A DNA stretch of 63,606 nucleotides from Chthoniobacteraceae bacterium (lineage in GTDB: Bacteria; Verrucomicrobiota; Verrucomicrobiia; Chthoniobacterales; Chthoniobacteraceae): NCBI GenBank assembly GCA_037190965.1, contig JBBCKI010000047.1, forward strand, positions 1-63,606, read 5' to 3'. The translations under genes and the position numbers were made by a program. The notes beneath the pieces are model-generated. The model was not told the origin of the DNA. It saw only the letters and a list, made by a program, of their open reading frames with translations, and did not search any database. Numbering within the stretch: the first letter of the stretch is position 1; each line of letters starts with the position of its first letter. Shown in pieces: positions 19,121 through 28,085 of this stretch.

Positions 19121-19852
19121 ATGACCAGGTCCTTCGCATTCTCCAGATCCCGCCGCTCTCGGGCCGATATGGCCTCAGGCTTTACATTAATCGAGCTGCT
19201 GGCTGTGATGGCGGTGATTGCCGTCCTGGCTGTATTGGTCGTCTCTTTAACGCCAGGCACGCGATCCGCGGTGCTCTTTAATAAAAATATTTCAAATGTT
19301 GCCAGCCTGTTAGAGCAGGCTCGGCAGACGGCGGTCACCCAGAATAGCTATGTCTATGTCGGAATGCTCAGCCCCGGCGCGGCGGATGTCGCCGTCGCGA
19401 ACCAGGATAAGCCCGGGACTTATGTCGCCGCGTTTATCTCCTCCGATGGGACTGACGTTTTGCGATCGGTTAATCAGGTGCAGGTGGGCGGGGGAACGAT
19501 CCAGCTCCTTGACCGCATCCAGAAGCTTGCCTCGCTGGCTTTCGAGGAGACGCTTCCTGCCGGGAACGCCTTAAATGGATCGCTCAATCCCGCCATGGCC
19601 AGCAAGCCGGGAACCGTCTGGAGCGTGAAGACCCAGGCGGGGAGTGCCGTGGCCGTCATTACTTTCGATCGAATCATCAAGTTCACACCGCAGGGAGCCG
19701 CGCGGATCGGCAACGCCCCGGTCGAGGCCGTGGAGATTGTCGTCCGCCCCAGCCATGGAGGCGTTGCCTCCCAGCTCGAGGCCATGCAGGCAGGTGTGAT
19801 CCGCATCAACGGATTGACGGGAAAAATCGATGTCCATCAACCGGGTGCCTGA
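19121..19852 (+). CDS. Prepilin-like protein, Verru_Chthon D-like (GspH/FimT-like)
   Basis: Class III signal G|FTLIELL followed by a hydrophobic helix, LEQARQTA, FTPQG, INGLTG. Confidence 0.85.
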   Translation: MTRSFAFSRSRRSRADMASGFTLIELLAVMAVIAVLAVLVVSLTPGTRSAVLFNKNISNVASLLEQARQTAVTQNSYVYVGMLSPGAADVAVANQDKPGTYVAAFISSDGTDVLRSVNQVQVGGGTIQLLDRIQKLASLAFEETLPAGNALNGSLNPAMASKPGTVWSVKTQAGSAVAVITFDRIIKFTPQGAARIGNAPVEAVEIVVRPSHGGVASQLEAMQAGVIRINGLTGKIDVHQPGA

Positions 19853-19856
19853 TCTC

Positions 19857-20360
19857 ATGATAAAGCGTCTCTTAAAAATCTTTCCCGAAGGCACTGGTGC
19901 GCTGTGGCCCCAACCACGAAGCGCATTCAGTCTTGTCGAAGTGACGATGGCCCTTGGGATCACCGCCTTCTGTCTCCTCTCGTTGCTCTCTCTCCTTTCC
20001 GTCGGCATGAAGAGCAACCGCGAGTCCCGCGATATTGTGGATGCCTCCGCGACTGCTTCGCTATTGCTTGAAGTGAGGCGTTCCGCCCCGCTTCTGACGA
20101 CGGGAGCCCTTGCGAATTGGGCCATCCCCGCCATCCCTTCCGGAATTGTGGTGGCGACCAATGCCACCCCGCTGCTGATTGATACGGAAGGCAAAGTGGT
20201 GACGACGGATCCCGCTTTCGCCTTAACCTACCGGTTGCAGCGCGTGGCCGCGGATTCGCCCCTTTGCAAAGTGTTCCTGCGCCTGAGCACCCCTGCCAAG
20301 GCGACTCAGGCTTCATCCCAAACCCATTACGAGGTCGTCACCTCGATCCGCGTGCCATGA
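19857..20360 (+). CDS. Prepilin-like protein, Verru_Chthon B-like (GspI/PilV-like)
   Basis: A|FSLVEVTMALGITAFCL..LLSVG, matching FSLVEVTLALGIVAFAF..LVPVG of 51986-52573. Confidence 0.85.
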   Translation: MIKRLLKIFPEGTGALWPQPRSAFSLVEVTMALGITAFCLLSLLSLLSVGMKSNRESRDIVDASATASLLLEVRRSAPLLTTGALANWAIPAIPSGIVVATNATPLLIDTEGKVVTTDPAFALTYRLQRVAADSPLCKVFLRLSTPAKATQASSQTHYEVVTSIRVP

Positions 20361-21157
20361 TTGCAAGTCTTGCCCAGATTCAGCGGCGGTGGCTTTCGCG
20401 AAAGGCTTTCACCCTCGTGGAGTTGTTGGTCGCGATGGCCGTGCTGACGTTGATCATGATGCTCTTCACGCAGGTGCTTAACAGCGTCTCGGGAGCTTAC
20501 ACCCGGGGACGCAACGATGCTGAGAGTTATTCCACGGGGCGCGCATTGCTGGATGCCGTCGGGCGCGATCTCCAATGTGCGTTCATCCGGGAGGATCTTG
20601 TGAGCTTCCCCGAGGCGGGCAATTCCAGAAGGCTCGCCTTTTACACCGCGCAGGCAGGAATCGCCGATGATCCCGTGGCCATTCGCGATCTGAGCTTTGT
20701 CGAGTATTACCAAAGCCAGGAGGCGGACAGCGCGGCTTTGATCCGAGCGGATGCGGATATCGAGTGGAGCTCCGTGGAGAAGGTCGCCTTCGGTTCCACG
20801 GCTCCGCCATTGCTGACACCCCGGACGCTCTCCAATGGCATTCTCGCATTTGACTATCGTTTCGTCACTAGTGACGGCGTAGCGGCCCGCAAACCCGGAA
20901 AGCCGTCATCGGTGATCGCCGTGCGCATCAGCCTCGCCGTCGCGGATCCCAAGACCATGCAGGTCATTCGGAGGATCAATGCGCTCAGCAGCATGAAGAC
21001 CGCGTTGAAAACCGCAGTGGAGGAAGAAACGCTCTTAAGTGCAAGATCCGCCTGGGAAGCATGGATCAACACCGCCAGCTATCCAGGCGGCGTGCTGGGC
21101 GGAATCCGCTTTTTTGAACGGGTTGTCCCTCTGAACCCACAAGCCACCCTGGAGTAA
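20357..21157 (+). CDS. Prepilin-like protein, Verru_Chthon C-like (GspJ/PilW-like)
   Basis: A|FTLVELLVAMAV plus hydrophobic helix; ATGA overlap with the upstream gene. Confidence 0.85.
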   Translation: MIASLAQIQRRWLSRKAFTLVELLVAMAVLTLIMMLFTQVLNSVSGAYTRGRNDAESYSTGRALLDAVGRDLQCAFIREDLVSFPEAGNSRRLAFYTAQAGIADDPVAIRDLSFVEYYQSQEADSAALIRADADIEWSSVEKVAFGSTAPPLLTPRTLSNGILAFDYRFVTSDGVAARKPGKPSSVIAVRISLAVADPKTMQVIRRINALSSMKTALKTAVEEETLLSARSAWEAWINTASYPGGVLGGIRFFERVVPLNPQATLE

Positions 21158-21162
21158 ACAAA

Positions 21163-24100
21163 ATGCTGATCCCCCCTTTCTTCTCCCCGCCAGTATTCTC
21201 CCGGAGATCCCGCCGGGGCGTGGCCCTCGTGATCGTTCTTTCAGTCATCGTGCTGGCCTCGGTGCTCGTGCTTTCGTACCTGACGACCAGCCGCTTTGAA
21301 CTTGCCTCCAGCAGTACCTATTCACGCTCCCTCGTGGCCGATGAACTGGCAAGAGGAGCGGTGGAGGAAATCGTCGAGGGATTTCGTACCGAAGCCCGGC
21401 AGGCCGTGTTGGCTTCCACGGACTCCAACAAACTCGGCCTCCTGCCGCTTCGGTTGGGAGTCACGGAGCTGGACGCCCGGAAGTCGCCGGTGATCCGGCG
21501 AAGCGTCAACATGGCCGATGGCGCTTACACATCAGCTTTTTCTGCCGCCGGTGTGACCACACCCCCCGCCAACATGGCATCCTCGCTCTCAAGCACCACG
21601 CCGAATGCGGACGGGCGTAAACTTTCTGAAGCCCGCTGGCGGGTGCCCCAGCTTTTGGAGGCGACGGCTGCGATGCCTCTCCCCGATTGGATCTATATGA
21701 CCCGCCAAGGGCCCAAGAAGGTCACGGATTCTGATGTTACGACCCTTCGAGGAGTTGCGAATACCGCAAACCTTGATGCCGCGGTGGGGCGTTATGCTTA
21801 CGTCATTTACGATACCGGTGGTTTGTTGGACGCCAATGTAGCCGGGAGTCCGGTGTCCGATGTAAAAGTGGGCCAGAAGGGCGCCACGGCTCTCGCCAAT
21901 CTGCTGCCGGTATTTCTTTCCTTCGGGGGCAACGCCTCCGGCGTTGAGTCATTCCTCCGCTGGCGCAATCCCACCCCAACCAGATACCTCGGCGATGTCT
22001 ATGGGGAGGATCCTCAGCCGGGGACTGCCGGGAAGGCCGGGGCTCTCGATGTCGGGTTCCGCAGGATCGCCGACGGAAATAACGTTTTCCTGAACCGGAT
22101 GGAGCTGCTCAAGTACGCTACCGATCACTCCGGCGTCTTCCCGGCAGGCTCTTTGCGCTTCTTCTCCACATTCTCCCGCGCTTCCAACGGACCGGAGATC
22201 AATGCCGCCATCCCGGGACGCACCGGGTACATCGCGGCAGCCACCAATGCGCAGATTCCTTATTATACGCTGGAGGGAGAATCCAAGACCTACGCCATCA
22301 AGGCAAGCGAGCCCTTTCTCCAGAGAAAATTCCCGCTCAGCCGCCTTCGGTGGTTTGAAAAGAAGGGTGTGGGCGGCAGCCCCGCCACGGCCTTCGAGGC
22401 CGCCATCAAACAACATTTCGGGCTGACCTGGGTTGCCAGCTATGCAACGGCGGGTATCACCGCGCCGGAGTTCTCCGGCAAGGGAGGCTACATTTACAGT
22501 TCGCCAATCGGATCGACAGCGGTGGCGTCGATCAAAACGTTGGCGCAGGTGGCCTCGGAGAACCGTGAGCCGGACTTCTTTGAATGGTTGAAAGCCGCCA
22601 TCAAACCCGAGTCTCTGGGCATCAGCGGGGGGAACTCCAACACGGCGGTCACCGCAGCGCAGGACTCCAGCGAGGATTTTCATATAATCCAGATCGGAGC
22701 CAATATCATCGATCAGGCTGATTCCGACGACATTCCGACGCTGATCGCTTCGCGCAGCGCCACCAATCGCAATGGGCAGGCGCTCGTGGCGTTCGGGGTG
22801 GAGAGCCTCCCTTACATCAACGAGGTCATGGTCTCATGGCATCGCCCCCAAAGCGACACCACAAAGTTCAATGGCTATCTTGAGTTCGAAATGTGGAACC
22901 CTCATCAGAACGCCTCGCGCGCTCCGCGCGACGAAGCGGGCAACAATATTACAGGCAACCGCTTTCGCGTGCGGGTAGTGGAGGGACGGCCTTGGGTTTA
23001 TCCTCGTTTGCGAATTCTGAACTCGGCCAACTCCGTTTTCAGCACCGTGGAAACGGCCGCTGCTGCCCGGAGGACCATTATTCCCAAGACTTTTACGGGA
23101 AGCCCGACCGACGATGCCGTGACCTTTTCTTACCAGGAGGCTGATTTCTCCGAGCCCCGCCTCCTGGGAGATAACGGATCGAACACGACGGTTATCGACA
23201 ACCGCATCGTTCGCTTTGGGCCGCCCCCCGAGACAGCGGGCTATAAAGGAATCTTCGCGGGAGGCGCGCAGGCTCCGGACCCGGTCTTCGCGGTGGGGAC
23301 CCGGATTCCCGCCACCGGCGTCGCCTCGGTGGTGGAAGACCCCGGGGTGCCAGGCTACTCCTATCCGATTGGGGAGAAGTACTACAATGGCGCTTCATTT
23401 GTGTTCGTCAATTCCAGCGTGGTCAATCCCCCGTCAGAGCAACCTCAACCGCTGACCTTCGTGGCGGAAGTCCAGCTTTCCGACGGCAGTTGGGTGGCCT
23501 ACCAGACCATCGAAAGTTGGAACAACGCCGGAACCTCCCGCGAATATCCGGGCGGGAAGGAGCCGAGGCACTATGGGGCGTCGGGAAACTCGCCGGTCCT
23601 CAACTGGGAACCCAGCAACTGGCAGGGTGCCAGCAATCCCGACTGGACGAAGTGGAACTGGTCGAACCCCGGCCAGAGCGGCCCCCAAGGCCCTTATAGC
23701 ACCATTCTTACCGGCAACGTCACCGGCCGGGCTTATCGCGGCTGGGAGGATATCAACTACCATAACAGCCTGCTGAAAGCCGACCCACGCACGCGCCGGT
23801 TCGGGGTGCCGCTGGCCGTACGCCGGGCCTCTCCGGGTTTGAGTGTCAAGGATAGCGACACCTCCATCGACAAGGTGACCGACGGCTTCCCCGCCACGGG
23901 CCTCTCCAACTGGACCGGCGCGAGCGACCTCTTCGCGCTCGGGCAGAACATCGCTTCCTCCACGCTCAGGTACACGGATCGCGATAACATCCTGCGTCCC
24001 GCGGATTGGGCGGAACTCGGAGCATCGCTACCCACCATTCCCGGTCAGACCCCGGCCCGGCCCGTCGTGCTGAACCGGCCGTTCCGCTCGGTGGCGGAGC

Positions 24101-24672
24101 TTGGCTATGCTTTCCGGGATCTCCCCTGGAAGACCCTGGATCTCTTCTCCTCCCAAAGCGCGGATCTTCCCGTGCTGGATGTCTTCTGCATCGAGGAAAG
24201 CTATGCGGCCGCGGGAAAGGTGAACCCGAACTCCACGCGAACTGAAGTACTGGAAGCGATTCTTTCGGGCGCGTCGAATAACAGCGCAGAGTTCGCGCTG
24301 ACATCCGCCGGGGTCGTCGCGTCCGGCGCGACTCTCGCGAGCGAATTGGCTGCCGCGATCTCCGGCAGCGATGCGGGTGCCGTTCGGAAGGCCAGCCAAC
24401 TCGCAGAGCGACTGACGGCCAATAATACCTACAAGGCGGTTTCCAACAAAATTCACCGCGAAGCTTACGCCCGTGCCCTCGCCGGGTCCACCGACGCCCG
24501 CACCTGGAATCTCATGATAGACATCATCGCACAGGCTGGGCGTCTTCCCGCCAGCGCCACCAAGCTGAGCCAGTTCAAGATGACCGGCGAGCGGCGATAC
24601 TGGGCGCATGTGGCGATCGATCGGGTCACGGGGAAAGTCATCGATATGCAATTGGAGCCGGTTTATGAATAA
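21163..24672 (+). CDS. Large pseudopilin-like protein, Verru_Chthon A-like (GspK/PilX-like)
   Basis: RRG|VALVIVL signal with no Glu5; PDWIY, VGRYAY..D, LDVF, AGKVNPN, RTWNLMIDIIAQ blocks are homologous to the other A proteins. Confidence 0.85.
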   Translation: MLIPPFFSPPVFSRRSRRGVALVIVLSVIVLASVLVLSYLTTSRFELASSSTYSRSLVADELARGAVEEIVEGFRTEARQAVLASTDSNKLGLLPLRLGVTELDARKSPVIRRSVNMADGAYTSAFSAAGVTTPPANMASSLSSTTPNADGRKLSEARWRVPQLLEATAAMPLPDWIYMTRQGPKKVTDSDVTTLRGVANTANLDAAVGRYAYVIYDTGGLLDANVAGSPVSDVKVGQKGATALANLLPVFLSFGGNASGVESFLRWRNPTPTRYLGDVYGEDPQPGTAGKAGALDVGFRRIADGNNVFLNRMELLKYATDHSGVFPAGSLRFFSTFSRASNGPEINAAIPGRTGYIAAATNAQIPYYTLEGESKTYAIKASEPFLQRKFPLSRLRWFEKKGVGGSPATAFEAAIKQHFGLTWVASYATAGITAPEFSGKGGYIYSSPIGSTAVASIKTLAQVASENREPDFFEWLKAAIKPESLGISGGNSNTAVTAAQDSSEDFHIIQIGANIIDQADSDDIPTLIASRSATNRNGQALVAFGVESLPYINEVMVSWHRPQSDTTKFNGYLEFEMWNPHQNASRAPRDEAGNNITGNRFRVRVVEGRPWVYPRLRILNSANSVFSTVETAAAARRTIIPKTFTGSPTDDAVTFSYQEADFSEPRLLGDNGSNTTVIDNRIVRFGPPPETAGYKGIFAGGAQAPDPVFAVGTRIPATGVASVVEDPGVPGYSYPIGEKYYNGASFVFVNSSVVNPPSEQPQPLTFVAEVQLSDGSWVAYQTIESWNNAGTSREYPGGKEPRHYGASGNSPVLNWEPSNWQGASNPDWTKWNWSNPGQSGPQGPYSTILTGNVTGRAYRGWEDINYHNSLLKADPRTRRFGVPLAVRRASPGLSVKDSDTSIDKVTDGFPATGLSNWTGASDLFALGQNIASSTLRYTDRDNILRPADWAELGASLPTIPGQTPARPVVLNRPFRSVAELGYAFRDLPWKTLDLFSSQSADLPVLDVFCIEESYAAAGKVNPNSTRTEVLEAILSGASNNSAEFALTSAGVVASGATLASELAAAISGSDAGAVRKASQLAERLTANNTYKAVSNKIHREAYARALAGSTDARTWNLMIDIIAQAGRLPASATKLSQFKMTGERRYWAHVAIDRVTGKVIDMQLEPVYE

Positions 24673-25333
24673 ATTCACATTGGGCTTTGTCGCGGGAATG
24701 TTCTTGCTCCTCGGAGCGGCTTCAGGAGCTGAACCCGCGCCCACTCCGCCCCTCCCGCCAGCGCCGTTGTTCCAACCTTTGGTACCGGAGAAAATCGTCT
24801 GCAAGGTGATCATCACCCGCCCCGCCTTGGAGCGGCTGGCGAAAGCGGGCAAACTCCCCACGGGGCTCCCCGGTCTTGAGAAAGAACGGGAGATCACCCC
24901 CGGGGAAAAAATCACGCGCGTCGCACAGAAGTTCACGGATGGTGGGAATCTCACCGCTTATTATACCGAAGGGATGGCCCTGGTGGAGAACGCCAAAGGG
25001 AACCCCGAGATTCACAAACCCAAGGGAGAAACCTGGGAGCTGGATCTTTCGGAAACCAGCTTCCCGGAACTTGCCTGGGTGACCGAAACGGCTTACAAAG
25101 GAGTTGAGAAGCGAGGAGATCATGAGTTTCATTGCTATGAAGGCAATGATGCGCATTCCCGCCCGCAGCGGCTCTATGTCCACCTCCATAACCTGATGCC
25201 CGCCCTTTTCGAGTCCGAGGCGGGGCGTTACGTCTATAGTTACCGAACCGGGAGCGGAGAGAAGATTTCCCTTCCGGCAAAGCTGACAGAAGCCTGGCAG
25301 ATCTATCGCAAGAACATGGGCCTCAAAAATTAG
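24665..25333 (+). CDS. Secreted hypothetical protein, cassette-associated
   Basis: Signal peptide and Pro-rich linker; start overlaps the A-protein stop (8 bp). Confidence 0.7.
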   Translation: MNKFTLGFVAGMFLLLGAASGAEPAPTPPLPPAPLFQPLVPEKIVCKVIITRPALERLAKAGKLPTGLPGLEKEREITPGEKITRVAQKFTDGGNLTAYYTEGMALVENAKGNPEIHKPKGETWELDLSETSFPELAWVTETAYKGVEKRGDHEFHCYEGNDAHSRPQRLYVHLHNLMPALFESEAGRYVYSYRTGSGEKISLPAKLTEAWQIYRKNMGLKN

Positions 25334-25350
25334 TATTAGTCAATTCCCGC

Positions 25351-26304
25351 ATGAAAATCGCAGTCGCAGGCAGCCTTAACATGGACATGGTGGTTCGAAC
25401 CGCCGACTTTCCGCGGCCCGGAGAGACGATCTTCGGCAAGGACTTCGTCACCGGATGTGGCGGCAAGGGGGCCAATCAGGCCGTTGGATGCGGAAGGCTC
25501 GGCGCGGAGGTGGCGATGGTGGGGTGCGTCGGGGCGGATGACTTTGGAAGACAGCTCGTCACGGCCATGCAGGCCGCCGGGGTCAGTTCCGACCATGTTG
25601 TCGCCGTGGAAGGTGAACGGAGCGGCTGTGCGCTGATCACGATCGCCAGTGATTCCCAGAATAGTATTGTCGTCGTTCCCGGAGCCAATGCCCGCTTTGG
25701 CGTGGCTGAGGTCGACGCCGCCCGCCCGATGCTCGACGAGGCAGGCGTTCTCCTGCTGCAACTCGAAACCCCGGTCGCAACCAATCGTGCCGCCGCCCGG
25801 ATGGTTCGCGCTTCAGGAGGGACGGTTATTCTTGATCCCGCACCGGCCAACGCCTTCCGCCCGGAACTGATGGAATCGGTGGATATCATCACTCCCAACC
25901 GGACTGAAGCGGAAGCGCTCACCGGCATGACCATCGAAACCGAGGAAGAGATCTCCCGCGCGATCGACAAGCTTTGCGAGAACTGGCCCGGCACCGTCAT
26001 CCTCAAGATGGGCGAGAAGGGGGCTTATTGGAAATCGCGCGGAGAGTCGGATCTGCATTGGGCACCGCCCTTCCGGGTCCGTCCCATCGATACCGTCGCA
26101 GCAGGGGATGCCTTTAACGCGGGTCTTGCGGTCGCGCTCTCCGAGGGCAAGGAGCTGCCCGTAGCCATCGATTGGGCATCGGCCGCCGGAGCCTTGTGTG
26201 TTACCCGCCGTGGTGCGCAGGAGGCGATGCCGACCCGCGACGAAGTGCTTGCCATTCTTTCCGCCCCGAGACCGAAGGGCTCCGCAGGACCTGCCTTGGG
26301 TTGA
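25351..26304 (+). CDS. rbsK: Ribokinase (PfkB family)
   Basis: GSLNMD, GGKGANQA, GADDFG, LQLE, DPAPA, PNRTE, DTVAAGDAF. Confidence 0.88.
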   Translation: MKIAVAGSLNMDMVVRTADFPRPGETIFGKDFVTGCGGKGANQAVGCGRLGAEVAMVGCVGADDFGRQLVTAMQAAGVSSDHVVAVEGERSGCALITIASDSQNSIVVVPGANARFGVAEVDAARPMLDEAGVLLLQLETPVATNRAAARMVRASGGTVILDPAPANAFRPELMESVDIITPNRTEAEALTGMTIETEEEISRAIDKLCENWPGTVILKMGEKGAYWKSRGESDLHWAPPFRVRPIDTVAAGDAFNAGLAVALSEGKELPVAIDWASAAGALCVTRRGAQEAMPTRDEVLAILSAPRPKGSAGPALG

Positions 26305-26312
26305 TCTCTTCC

Positions 26313-27923
26313 ATGAAAAGGCTCGTCAGTTCCCTATCGCTAGTCATCGCCATCGTCCAAAACCCGCCGACGGGATGGAGCGACGTCCGGATGCCCGGAA
26401 TTTTTGGAGACCATATGGTGCTCCAGCAGGGGCAGGATCTTCCCGTTTGGGGAAATGCCGATCCGGGTGAAAGCGTCACGGTTTCCATCGAAGGCCGCAC
26501 CGCCACCATCACCGCCGACGCGGAAGGAAAGTGGCGCGTAAAGCTCGCTCCGTTTCCGGTTAGCAAAACCGGGTCGCAGCTGAAGGTTAGCGGAAAGAAT
26601 GAACTCGTCTTCAATGATGTGCTGGTGGGCGATGTCTGGCTCTGCTCCGGGCAGTCGAACATGGCGTTCTTCATGTACGAGGCCGCCGATACCGAAACGG
26701 CGATTGCCCAGGCGCAGAACCCGGAGATTCGCTTTTTCGTCGTCGGCAAACGCATCGCCTTTGCCCCGGAGACGGAGCAGCCCGGCAAATGGGTCGTCTG
26801 CACTCCCGAGACCGCCCGCAAGTTCTCCGCCGTCGGGTACTTCTTTGGGCGCGAGATCTTTGAGACTCAGAAAATCCCCGTCGGCCTGGTTGGAAGCTAC
26901 TGGGGCGGCACCCCCGCCGAGGCATGGACGAGCCTTGAGGCATTGAAGGCGAACCCCGCCCTGGCTCACTATGCGACGACTTTCGAAGAGACCAGGGCCA
27001 ACCGCGAAGCTTTGAGAAGACGTTACGATGAGGAGACGCTCCCCCGCTGGAAAGAAGCGGTCGAAGCATGGCGTCGTGAGCACGAGGAGCCGCACAAACA
27101 GAAGCTCGCCGCCTGGGAGGCCGAAGCCGCCACGGCGAAAAGCCTGGGGCAGCCGATCCCGCCCAAACCGGTCCTCAAGGTCATGGTCCCGAGGCAGCCT
27201 CGGTCCGTGGATGGAAACCCACGCCACCCTTCCGTGCTCTTCAACGGAATGATCAACGCCATCGTTCCCTATGCGATCCGTGGAGTCATCTGGTATCAAG
27301 GCGAGGGGAATGCCACCGATGCCCAGACCAGCGCGCTCTATGCCACGCTCTTCCCTGCAATGGTGGCGGACTGGCGGGTCCGGTGGGGGCAGGGGGATTT
27401 TCCATTCTTCTACGTGCAGCTTGCGGGCTTCGGAAGAGGCACCTTTTTTCCGGAGCTTCGCGAGTCGCAAAGGAAGTCACTCGTCATTCCGAATTCCGCC
27501 ATGGCGGTTGCGATCGACGTGGGCGAAAAGGGAGATATCCATCCGAAGAACAAGCACGATGTGGGGCATCGCCTGGCGCTTGCCGCGCGGCATAAGGTCT
27601 ATGGCGAGAAGTTGGTCCCCGCAGGGCCCCTTTATCGATCCATGAATGTCGAGGGTTCAAAGATTCGCCTTCGGTTTGACCATGTCGGGAGCGGGCTCGC
27701 CGTGAGCGAATCTTCTTCGAGCAAGGCGTTGAAAGGATTTGAAGTCTCCGGAGGCGATGGAGTCTTCATGGAAGCCAGCGCCCGGATTGATGGGGACACC
27801 GTCGTTGTGGAAAGCGGCAGCATCCCCCGGCCCACGGCGGTGCGGTATGGGTGGAGACCGTTCCCTGATGTCAATTTAATCAACCGCGAAGGGTTGCCCG
27901 CCGCTCCCTTCCTTGCAGACTAG
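26313..27923 (+). CDS. Sialate O-acetylesterase (SASA) family, secreted
   Basis: FGDHMVLQ, GDVWLCSGQSNM, WGGTPAEAW, WYQGE, DIHPKNK, GLPAAPF. Confidence 0.92.
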   Translation: MKRLVSSLSLVIAIVQNPPTGWSDVRMPGIFGDHMVLQQGQDLPVWGNADPGESVTVSIEGRTATITADAEGKWRVKLAPFPVSKTGSQLKVSGKNELVFNDVLVGDVWLCSGQSNMAFFMYEAADTETAIAQAQNPEIRFFVVGKRIAFAPETEQPGKWVVCTPETARKFSAVGYFFGREIFETQKIPVGLVGSYWGGTPAEAWTSLEALKANPALAHYATTFEETRANREALRRRYDEETLPRWKEAVEAWRREHEEPHKQKLAAWEAEAATAKSLGQPIPPKPVLKVMVPRQPRSVDGNPRHPSVLFNGMINAIVPYAIRGVIWYQGEGNATDAQTSALYATLFPAMVADWRVRWGQGDFPFFYVQLAGFGRGTFFPELRESQRKSLVIPNSAMAVAIDVGEKGDIHPKNKHDVGHRLALAARHKVYGEKLVPAGPLYRSMNVEGSKIRLRFDHVGSGLAVSESSSSKALKGFEVSGGDGVFMEASARIDGDTVVVESGSIPRPTAVRYGWRPFPDVNLINREGLPAAPFLAD

Positions 27924-28002
27924 TCTTTTTATCAGTTCTGTCCCCGGCGCTTTCAGTGGCTGCCGGAATGCCAATGGCCGCGCTGTTGGGCGGGTGAAGG
28001 CA

Positions 28003-28021
28003 CTTTACAGAAATAGTAACG
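28003..28021 (+). promoter_or_regulatory. Motif-1 copy (CTTTACAGAAATAGTAACG)
   Basis: CACTTTACAGAAA is identical to 10770-10782; lies 83 bp before ATG 28086. Confidence 0.6.
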
Positions 28022-28085
28022 GTGCTCTTGGTCGCAGCAGCATCGAATGAAAAAGTCTCCCCTAACCCCCGAAAAAATCGAAATC

